Shown here: positions 53,143 to 63,894 of the stretch, piece by piece | Position numbering within the stretch: position 1 is the stretch's first letter | Layout of the letters: every line of letters starts with the position of its first letter | Assembly (NCBI RefSeq): GCF_001194135.2 | Contig: NC_068991.1 | Coordinates: 30,501,125 to 30,565,018 of the forward strand | Length of the DNA: 63,894 nt | Origin: Octopus bimaculoides | Taxonomy: Eukaryota | Reading direction: 5' to 3' | Made by a program: the position numbers and the translations under genes | Notes under the pieces: model-generated | What the model saw: only the letters and a program-made list of their open reading frames with translations | Databases searched by the model: none | What the model was told of the DNA's origin: nothing

Positions 53143-53684
53143 TACACACACACATACATACGTATATACATACACATACACATACATATGTATATTCCTT
53201 TATCTATACATACACACATACAAAATGGAAAAAGGAATAGATATGTATGTGTTTGTGTGTGGGTGTGTGTGTGTGTATGTGCGTGTGCGTACATGTGTGT
53301 CAAGCATATTCTAAACATCTGTTGAGACTCTGGTGTTGATTTGTTGTCATATTTTAGACTAGTATTACTACTACTGCTCCTACGACTACTACTTACTAGC
53401 TGTACAACTACAACTATACCACTAATACTAACTCTACTAGTATACCGCTTCTACATTAGTGATGACTGCTATTATTGTTGCTAGTGTTATTGTCGTGTGA
53501 AATGCAATACTTAAAACGATTGGTTCATTAGGCCACCTTCAACATTAACAACACATGCACACATACAAGATGGGCTCTGATGCCGTCAGCATATTTGGTA
53601 GCAATTACAGCCAAACGTCCATCAAATGATGCTACAATGTCTAATAACAAGGATGTAGTCGAACACTCAGTATATCCATAAGTC

Positions 53685-53747
<63 letters not shown>

Positions 53748-53781
53748 NNNNNNNNNNNNNNNNNNNNNNNNNNNNNNNNNN

Positions 53782-53827
<46 letters not shown>

Positions 53828-54090
53828 GTGTATATATATATATATATACACATATGTATATATATGTATATATATATGTATATATATGTATGTACATATA
53901 TATATATATATTTATATATACATATATATACATATACGTATACATATATATACATAAGTGTGTATATATATATATATATTTGTGTATATATATATGTATA
54001 TACACACACATACTTATATACATATACGGACATATATACACAGACACACACTCATCCTTGCAGACGTGTAGGTAGATGGACAGACAGACA

Positions 54091-54128
<38 letters not shown>

Positions 54129-54423
54129 GTCATGCATACATATGCTTAGTTTATTTCCATATATAACCATATATATACTTTATGAGAGTTTAATAGCTTC
54201 ATTGTAATTCAAGAAATCATATCAATAGACAAAACATCGACACACACACTTAAATACATGTATGTGTTTGCATGTTTAGCCACTTGCATATGTATGTGTG
54301 TGGGTATGTGCGCGCGTGTTTGTTGATATCAACAGCGACACATAGGGGCAGTCAAAAAGTAGATACGCAGACATTTGTGAATCTTTTATATTCAAACACA
54401 CAATATGTGCAATTATTCTTCTA

Positions 54424-54630
54424 TTCTTTTATTCATATACTTGTTTCTGTCAGTTGACTGCGGCCATACTGGAGCACCGCATTTAGTCGAGCAAATCGAT
54501 CCCAGGACTTATTGTTTGTAAGCCTAATACTTATTCCATCGGTCTTTTTTGCCAAACCGCTAGTACGGGGAAGTAAACACACTAGCATCGGTTGTCAAGC
54601 GATGTTGGAGGAAGAAACACACAAACACAT
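54424..54630 (-). mobile_element. SINE family B 3' body (head probably in gap)
   Basis: Reverse complement closely matches 4141-4335. Confidence 0.88.
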
Positions 54631-56726
54631 ACACACACATGCATATACATACATATATATATATATATATATANNNNNNNNNNNNNNNNNNNNNNNNNNN
54701 NNNNNNNNNNNNNNNNNNNNNNNNNNNNNNNNNNNNNNNNNNNNNNNNNNNNNNNNNNNNNNNNNNNNNNNNNNNNNNNNNNNNNNNNNNNNNNNNNNNN
54801 NNNNNNNNNNNNNNNNNNNNNNNNNNNNNNNNNNNNNNNNNNNNNNNNNNNNNNNNNNNNNNNNNNNNNNNNNNNNNNNNNNNNNNNNNNNNNNNNNNNN
54901 NNNNNNNNNNNNNNNNNNNNNNNNNNNNNNNNNNNNNNNNNNNNNNNNNNNNNNNNNNNNNNNNNNNNNNNNNNNNNNNNNNNNNNNNNNNNNNNNNNNN
55001 NNNNNNNNNNNNNNNNNNNNNNNNNNNNNNNNNNNNNNNNNNNNNNNNNNNNNNNNNNNNNNNNNNNNNNNNNNNNNNNNNNNNNNNNNNNNNNNNNNNN
55101 NNNNNNNNNNNNNNNNNNNNNNNNNNNNNNNNNNNNNNNNNNNNNNNNNNNNNNNNNNNNNNNNNNNNNNNNNNNNNNNNNNNNNNNNNNNNNNNNNNNN
55201 NNNNNNNNNNNNNNNNNNNNNNNNNNNNNNNNNNNNNNNNNNNNNNNNNNNNNNNNNNNNNNNNNNNNNNNNNNNNNNNNNNNNNNNNNNNNNNNNNNNN
55301 NNNNNNNNNNNNNNNNNNNNNNNNNNNNNNNNNNNNNNNNNNNNNNNNNNNNNNNNNNNNNNNNNNNNNNNNNNNNNNNNNNNNNNNNNNNNNNNNNNNN
55401 NNNNNNNNTATATCATATATACATTTATAGGTATATAATATACACACACACACACACATGTCTATACATTTATATTTGTATACGTGTGTGTACATTGTGT
55501 GTATGTGTATATGTGCGTGCGTGTGTCTATATGCTATCACGCATGATATATTTTATGATAAATGTGACACATGATTTTCTTATATTTTACTTAAGTTTTC
55601 AACTAACGATATTACCAGTTAGTTGTGTCTGTTGTTGTTGATGTTGTTGTTGTTGTTTTTGTTGTTGTTCTTGACGGTGGTAGTGATGGTGGTGTTATTG
55701 TTCTTGTTCTAGTTGTTACTGTTCTGATCCATTTTCTCCTGCAATGATATTTATGTCATCTGTTTTGATATATTTATTCAGTTCTCATTGTTCCACTTCT
55801 TGGTTTTCCCTTATTCACGTCGACGAATGAAACACGGTTTCACAGGTAAAAATTTATCCACCACAAAACTATCAGATTTACAGATTACAATAATTGACCT
55901 AACACAGGTAAGGACATGAAGGTGCTTTTGGCAGGTAAACTGCATTAAGATACGAGACTTTCCTTTGCGAGTTCCCGTAACTATGTCGTAGCGGGAGAAT
56001 TTGTTATTTGAGATGAGAAATTGCCCCTGAACCTTACTGTATATCCCAGCTTTGTGAAATCGATGCGGCTAATGACCAAATTTAACATCACCATGTCAAC
56101 TTGGATGCCTGAATAATTACATCAGAATCAACTCTACTAAAGTTACCCGATGACCAGGTGTTGATTATTTCTGCCATTGACCCACTACATGTACAAGCGA
56201 CATTGAAATACTTACAGGACTTTCACATAATATCTTCAGGTTAGATGACATTGAGGTGATCTTCTTGTGGCTCCCTTTTGAATTGGACTTGCCAGTTAGA
56301 ACAACGAAGTGACCCTATCTTGTTATACCTATTTACAGATGGGTAGACTGGGAAATTTAAGAAGTTTTCCTGAGCTACACAGAACAAAGAATTGCTTAAA
56401 TGTTTTCTATTCACACAACAAGTAAATATGATGGCTCTAACCGGTCGCACTAGATTACCAATAATAATATAGGATTTGTTCACGTCTCTGTTGGTAATTT
56501 ACTCCCCAATCTAAACCACGGTTCACACTCTTCAATTCTCAGAGCTGCTAAAGTACACATATTCATACTCTGTTGCCATATGAATCAACTAATACTTTAG
56601 CTCTATTGCTCTAAGCTCAAATCAGCTCTCCATGTTTTCTTGTGTCTGATGTACACCAGTGTAATAACCATGTTTATAATGGAATAGGGTTAGCGTATTA
56701 TGAAAGTATATTAAGAAGTAGTGGAC

Positions 56727-56781
<55 letters not shown>

Positions 56782-56904
56782 CTGAATTTAACATGTATAT
56801 AACTGCGCATTACAGATATACAATACAACATAATAGTTATTTAACAGCACGCAGTATAGGTGTAGAATAGGTATACAACACAACTCTATACATACATACA
56901 AACA

Positions 56905-56937
<33 letters not shown>

Positions 56938-57944
56938 GTATATCGGATACTATACTGTACAATACAGATATAATAATGTGTACTATCGAAGAATATAGCA
57001 TAGTGAGCTATAGAATCATTTAACATAATAATATACAATACAGATGTATAGCAGTTTTCTATACATTTGTAACAGTGGTATTATACAAATATATAAGTTA
57101 AAAGCGATATAAGAATATTTGTGTAATGACAGAGCAGTATAGACGGAGAATAGTAACAAAAGCACACATTACAACTCTTTCGTTTTAATGAACATAAATT
57201 GTTATACCGGAAGATGGCAAATATGACACTGCAGGTTACATACATCAACATATATACANNNNNNNNNNNNNNNNNNNNNNNNNNNNNNNNNNNNNNNNNN
57301 NNNNNNNNNNNNNNNNNNNNNNNNNNNNNNNNNNNNNNNNNNNNNNNNNNNNNNNNNNNNNNNNNNNNNNNNNNNNNNNNNNNNNNNNNNNNNNNNNNNN
57401 NNNNNNNNNNNNNNNNNNNNNNNNNNNNNNNNNNNNNNNNNNNNNNNNNNNNNNNNNNNNNNNNNNNNNNNNNNNNNNNNNNNNNNNNNNNNNNNNNNNN
57501 NNNNNNNNNNNNNNNNNNNNNNNNNNNNNNNNNNNNNNNNNNNNNNNNNNNNNNNNNNNNNNNNNNNNNNNNNNNNNNNNNNNNNNNNNNNNNNNNNGTA
57601 TATATATTAGTGATATGTGTGTGAGTGTCCATCGAATTCCCACTACACGTCACTTTCAGTTCGCCCCTCTGAAAAGAATGAAAAGAAACTATAACAGTTT
57701 CTCTAAAATTCCTCTCTATTCTTCATCAAACTTTGCAACATAATAAAAGACTACCGGTCCTGGATTGGTCAGTTACATCGCATTAGGTTCGGCAGGCACT
57801 CGCACACGCACCCACACACGCACACACACACACAACACGCAAAGGCACACACGCACACACACTTACACATAAACACACGTGTGTGTGTATAGATCTATGC
57901 ATGTACTCTCTTATCGCTTCCCCTCATTTTCTCAGTATTTATAC

Positions 57945-57977
<33 letters not shown>

Positions 57978-58341
57978 ATACACACGCACAAAGTAGACGT
58001 GAAGAAAGAGGAGAGAAAGAATAGTGTAGCTGCTACTACTGCTGCTACCGTTAAAACCTATCTTTCCTTGTTGCAAACTATGTGGAAATTAATTGCCATA
58101 GCAACAGTGTCAATCATCGAAACATAAGCCGGTGGTAGGCGTGGCTTTACATTTCCCGGCAGCTTCCTTTTTGCTGCACGCACTCACTCGTTTATCGCAA
58201 TTTTAGAATATTAACGTCATGTAATAAACTGAATATTATAGATGCATATTAATATACAAACATAGGCACATTCATCAATCTGTACATGCATATATATATA
58301 TTCATATATATATATGTATATATATATTTCATTCTTTTTCA

Positions 58342-58392
58342 TTTTATCTAGTTTCAGCTCGCGAGCTTTGGCCATGCTGGGGCACCGCCATT
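58342..58392 (-). mobile_element. SINE family B 3' end fragment
   Basis: ttttatctagtttcagctc..tggccatgctggggcaccgcc. Confidence 0.6.
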
Positions 58393-59471
58393 CGGTGTTG
58401 CTACATAATATTACTTCACGAATGCTTTTCAGGAATTGGCATTTCGTGCATGAGAGAGAGATATTTATTCACATATATATATATGTGTGTGTGTGTGTAT
58501 GTATTTATTTATATATATATATATATATATNNNNNNNNNNNNNNNNNNNNNNNNNNNNNNNNNNNNNNNNNNNNNNNNNNNNNNNNNNNNNNNNNNNNNN
58601 NNNNNNNNNNNNNNNNNNNNNNNNNNNNNNNNNNNNNNNNNNNNNNNNNNNNNNNNNNNNNNNNNNNNNNNNNNNNNNNNNNNNNNNNNNNNNNNNNNNN
58701 NNNNNNNNNNNNNNNNNNNNNNNNNNNNNNNNNNNNNNNNNNNNNNNNNNNNNNNNNNNNNNNNNNNNNNNNNNNNNNNNNNNNNNNNNNNNNNNNNNNN
58801 NNNNNNNNNNNNNNNNNNNNNNNNNNNNNNNNNNNNNNNNNNNNNNNNNNNNNNNNNNNNNNNNNNNNNNNNNNNNNNNNNNNNNNNNNNNNNNNNNNNN
58901 NNNNNNNNNNNNNNNNNNNNNNNNNNNNNNNNNNNNNNNNNNNNNNNNNNNNNNNNNNNNNNNNNNNNNNNNNNNNNNNNNNNNNNNNNNNNNNNNNNNN
59001 NNNNNNNNNNNNNNNNNNNNNNNNNNNNNNNNNNNNNNNNNNNNNNNNNNNNNNNNNNNNNNNNNNNNNNNNNNNNNNNNNNNNNNNNNNNNNNNNNNNN
59101 NNNNNNNNNNNNNNNNNNNNNNNNNNNNNNNNNNNNNNNNNNNNNNNNNNNNNNNNNNNNNNNNNNNNNNNNNNNNNNNNNNNNNNNNNNNNNNNNNNNN
59201 NNNNNNNNNNNNNNNNNNNNNNNNNNNNNNNNNNNNNNNNNNNNNNNNNNNNNNNNNNNNNNNNNNNNNNNNNNNNNNNNNNNNNNNNNNNNNNNNNNNN
59301 NNNNNNNNNNNNNNNNNNNNNNNNNNNNNNNNNNNNNNNNNNNNNNNNNNNNNNNNNNNNNNNNNNNNNNNNNNNNNNNNNNNNNNNNNNNNNNNNNNNN
59401 NNNNNNNNNNNNNNNNNNNTATATATATATATACATACATACATACATACATACATACATACATACATACA

Positions 59472-59504
<33 letters not shown>

Positions 59505-59599
59505 TCTTATTCTCTTTTTGTCTTCTGCAATTTTATTTTGGGATTTCCTATATATATATATATGTGAAGAATTTTCCTCCGTCTGGCTGTTTTTCTCTC

Positions 59600-59855
59600 T
59601 ACAAAACGGAAGTTGCATTATGGAACAGTCATTTTAACGAGCATTTTAATTCATTTATCACCCGACGAGATACGACTGCAGCACTGGATACTCCTGAACC
59701 AGTTATTGTGTGGCCCACAAGAGGAGTCGATGTAAGATGCGTCGAAACAATTGTTGTGATTAATAATATATGCTCGTATGTTCCATCTTCTGTCTTTTAT
59801 TTGTTATTTACCTGATAATCACTCCTAAAGTGACCGTGCTTTACCAGTAAGCTAC
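59600..59855 (+). mobile_element. Hammerhead-bearing short repeat (family D), Penelope-pLTR/retrozyme-like
   Basis: Homologous to 15125-15312 (-) and 15321-15478 (+): shared attttaacgag, gtcgaaacaattgt.gtgattaataa, ttccatcttctgtc and gtgacc.tgctttaccagtaa.ctac. Confidence 0.8.
59657..59760 (+). ncRNA. Type I hammerhead-like motif with long branched stem II (core U4>C)
   Basis: ATCAC-CCGACGA-[75 nt stem II ending AGATGCGTC]-GAAAC-AATT-GT-T-GTGAT. Stem I is 5 bp perfect; stem III is the palindrome ACAATTGT. Confidence 0.7.
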
Positions 59856-60789
59856 CAGGTGTAGACCATTCGATTCATTATCCATTATTCATATATGTAT
59901 ATATATATATGAAACCGGCTTAGGTTTCGATGATTGACACTGTTACTATGGCAATTAATTTCCACATAGTTTGCAACAAGGGATGACAGGTTTTAACAGT
60001 AGCAGTAATAGCAGCTACACTATTCATACATACATACATACATACATATACATACATACATACACACATATATATATACATATATATATATATGAATATA
60101 TATTCATATATATANNNNNNNNNNNNNNNNNNNNNNNNNNNNNNNNNNNNNNNNNNNNNNNNNNNNNNNNNNNNNNNNNNNNNNNNNNNNNNNNNNNNNN
60201 NNNNNNNNNNNNNNNNNNNNNNNNNNNNNNNNNNNNNNNNNNNNNNNNNNNNNNNNNNNNNNNNNNNNNNNNNNNNNNNNNNNNNNNNNNNNNNNNNNNN
60301 NNNNNNNNNNNNNNNNNNNNNNNNNNNNNNNNNNNNNNNNNNNNNNNNNNNNNNNNNNNNNNNNNNNNNNNNNNNNNNNNNNNNNNNNNNNNNNNNNNNN
60401 NNNNNNNNNNNNNNNNNNNNNNNNNNNNNNNNNNNNNNNNNNNNNNNNNNNNNNNNNNNNNNNNNNNNNNNNNNNNNNNNNNNNNNNNNNNNNNNNNNNN
60501 NNNNNNNNNNNNNNNNNNNNNNNNNNNNNNNNNNNNNNNNNNNNNNNNNNNNNNNNNNNTATATATATATATATATATTCATATAAATGTAGGGCTTGGA
60601 AATTTTAATTATAGAAATTGAGTAGCTTTGTAAATATTTAAACGATGTTGGAATGTTATTAACTGGCAGATAAGAAGTGTATATATGCATATACAGGCAC
60701 ACAAATTTATTAATACATATATACATACATACATGCACATACACACACATACATACATCCATACATAAATACATACATTTGGTGGTGGT

Positions 60790-60990
60790 GGATCATCGTC
60801 GTTCGAAAGTGAAGATTCAGTTGTTCAGTCAATTCAATTACCTGTTCCTACATTAACTTTAAGTGGCCGAGTACTCCACAAATACATGTTCCCTTAACAT
60901 AATGCTCTAATGCAGTAGATGATAACTCCAAAGAATGTCTAATATGCCTTACGCCCACGGTGTAGCAGTCCACTAACCATTCGCTCATCG
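60790..60990 (-). mobile_element. SINE family C, deleted and diverged copy
   Basis: aagtggccgagtactccacaaatacatgttcccttaac is the rc of 16205-16245; tRNA-like head rc at ~60965-60990. Confidence 0.65.
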
Positions 60991-61470
60991 CTACGGCCAC
61001 CACATCAAACCAGTTGCAGATGTAACCATTTAAACCATGCAGCTACCATTTTGTTTTACCACGCTCTGAAGATTTTGCTCTCAAATTCCTTTTTCTTTCA
61101 CATTTCTCTGTTATATCCATCATAAAATACTTAATCTTTTCCTGTCTATTTCACAAATACTGCTTTTCTCCCCTTGCCAATTCCAGAGTCAGCTAAACAG
61201 GATCTCCACAGTAGTCCACATGATCCCACCTCTCCAAGAACTGCAGTAAATTGCCATCTTCATGCTTCACACCTTACGCAGGCACCTTCTTTTATTCTCT
61301 TCATTGCCTTTGCTAACCCCATATTACCTTCTCCCTTCTTCTCTTTCTTTCTCTCTTAAATATATACCTTTGCGTAAGTGCCTGTGTGTGTATATACATG
61401 TACATTACTTGGTATTGCTGATCAATTCGTAAAACACAAGAAAATATTTATAGGCGGTGAAACTCTAAAC

Positions 61471-62215
61471 CAGTCATTTTCAACCATTCTTTTTCTTTTT
61501 TTTTTTTTTGTCTATGGACCACTTTGGTTACTATTTTATTCTGGTCGACCCCCATAGCCATTCGATGTTTCAACACCAATTTTATAGATACTTCTCTCAA
61601 AATTACTATTTTGTTCACCAAACATTAACTTGGGTAGGATGAATTCTGTAAGAACTGTGAAAGAAACCGAGCTCTTCCTGGCAATATCTTCGGTACTTCT
61701 GGCTATCTTACCCCCATTAAAAAATTGGGTCATCTCTATGGGAAATATCGGTACTTTTGGTTATCTCCCTCAACTAAAAAAATTGTTTAACCCACAATAA
61801 AAGAAAAAAGAACAAATTGAAAAAAATTAATAAACATAAAAAGTGAAAAGATGAAACATCTTATTGAATATTTTTATAATAAATCATACAAAACTGAAAA
61901 AAATTATAAACGTGAAAACTGAAAAACTTAAACATTGAATTTGATAACATTTTTATAACAAACCATACCATTCCTATTGAGGAGGCCAAACGTCAACAAT
62001 GTGTTGAAATATTGAATCAAAAGGATCTAACTCTTTTAATGGCAATTTTTTAATGGAAATTTTTTAATGTGGGTGAGATAACCAAAAAGCACCAAATTTT
62101 CTAATAGACCCTTAAAATAATATTGTGGACCCAATTTACTATTTTGCTTTGGTGGACACCCAAAGATCTTGTATAGAGCCTCAGGCGTCATATGAACCCT
62201 GGTTGAGAACCACTG
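61471..62215. mobile_element. hAT/Charlie-like non-autonomous element (745 bp)
   Basis: TIR CAGTCATTTTCAACC / GGTTGAGAACCACTG; 8-bp flanks CTCTAAAC vs CCTTAAAC (6/8); subterminal TGGACC motif repeated near both ends. Confidence 0.75.
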
Positions 62216-62583
62216 CCTTAAACATTTAGTAAAGTAATTGAGTTGACTGGGATTTCAAGTATCGCCATTAACGATTGCTTATAGAGAAAACTTGAAATAA
62301 CTATCAAATCAATAAGTGTGACTGTATTATATTATATCACACATATAATACTGTAGCTCATATAGTATAGATATTGATTTAATTTATTTCTTAAACTGCT
62401 CAACGGGCTGATTATTCGAAAATGATATACATTTTTCATATGACACTCCAATTTTAATTTCTTATGAACAATCCAGAAATAATTATAATTATAGATCAAA
62501 GTATAAAAGCAGACAACAAATTTGAAGTCAATTTGATAAATAATCTCAGCCTTTGAGTCACTTTGTTACTTTTGCTGATTAAT

Positions 62584-62621
<38 letters not shown>

Positions 62622-63196
62622 CGCGGCTGGGTGTCGAAGGCACAGCTTATAAACATTGTAGACGGTATTAAATATGAGATTAGTAACAATGTTGTAGAAT
62701 GTATAAAACTGTTAACTGACAGATTTAAGATCGATTCTGTCACTTTAATTATAAATAGATTTTTTTACGTAAGTAGGATTGTGTGGGAGAGAAGAGATTG
62801 TCTAGAAGTAAGAGAGAGAGAGAGAAAGAAAGAGAGAAAGAGAAAGGGAGAGAGAGAGAGAGAAACAGTGTGTGTGAGTATGAGAGTGCGTGTGTGAGAG
62901 GGAGACTCACTTTATGCAAAAGAGAGAATGACTGTGAGCGAAAGACGATGCTAGTATGAGTGTATGTGTGTTTGTGTCTGTGTGTGTGTGTGTGTGTGTG
63001 CGTGCGTGTATGGACGTGCGAATCCTTGCCCTTGCGCATTTCTTATTGTACGTCTATGAGTATGTGTGCATGAGTGTTGCGTGAGTTTGTGTTTATGTGT
63101 AACCTCCTTAGTAATCATTCTAAAGTAAACACAACGAACATGATGTTCCATTAACTGACATCTTCTAATAAGCAACTTTTAACAACGGTGTTTCAA

Positions 63197-63197
63197 C

Positions 63198-63260
<63 letters not shown>

Positions 63261-63423
63261 AGGTAATAGTCATGCTGATGCTGATGGCGACAACCGTAGC
63301 ATGCAGCGATTCGTCCATACAGCTGGTAAGATTGTTAAAACTATGGCGCTCTTGTTTTAAAGCTAAACGCTTCTTCTTCATCATCGTCACTATTATTATT
63401 GTTATCATCATCATTATTACTAA

Positions 63424-63489
<66 letters not shown>

Positions 63490-63650
63490 GGGGGGCATCC
63501 ATCTTGATTATGAAAGCAGCTGTTGATTCAGCCGAAACGGCAGTGATTAGTGGTGGCAGCACCGTCAGCACTACTTTTACTACTACTACTACTACCACCA
63601 CCACCACCAACACCACCACCAACACCACCACCAACACCACCAAACGCCGC
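63197..63650. repeat. Trinucleotide cluster: (AGT)n, (ATT)n and ACC/AAC 12-mer units
   Basis: Direct reading; similar clusters at 24745-25480 and 51437-51950. Confidence 0.9.
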
Positions 63651-63848
63651 CATCAGTAGTGGTAGTAAACATGATAGCTGGTAAATAACTTTACGGTAAT
63701 CATTGTTGTTAGATGTGTATATACACTCACATATATTCACACACACAAACAAACAAGCACACACATGCACAGAGCCTAAAGACCGCACACATGCAAGTGA
63801 CAATCAAGAGACAACAAAAACTACCACTATATATACGTACATACATAC

Positions 63849-63894
<46 letters not shown>

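Larger units (their letters stand above)
58019..60025. repeat. Inverted repeat pair 58019-58133 / 59914-60025
   Basis: 7 substitutions and a 3-nt indel over ~112 bp. The ~1.8 kb spacer includes an N gap and a family D element. Confidence 0.9.

Overview
Eukaryotic, very AT-rich, microsatellite-saturated draft scaffold with many N gaps. The SINE families and repeat landscape suggest an octopus, probably an Octopus bimaculoides-type assembly; this is inference, not checked. Only one host gene is firmly visible: a minus-strand exon (47602-47756, 5' part lost in an N gap) encoding the Six1/2 (sine oculis) K50 homeodomain and ending at a GTAAG donor. A phase-compatible 54-nt exon candidate lies at 20248-20301. 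Most of the window is therefore probably Six1/2 intron and flank. The rest comprises at least four tRNA-type SINE families, two mariner relics (one built from two inverted 5' ends), two hAT-like MITEs with 8-bp TSDs, an RLE-type LINE RT fragment and several palindromic/foldback elements. The least expected signal is a set of short repeats carrying hammerhead-ribozyme cores (CUGANGA...GAAAC...GUH), including a family with a long branched stem II and a palindromic stem III (Penelope-pLTR/retrozyme-like). All copies look mutated. Nearly all ORFs in the supplied track are microsatellite or N-gap artefacts. No rRNA, true tRNA gene or CRISPR array was seen.
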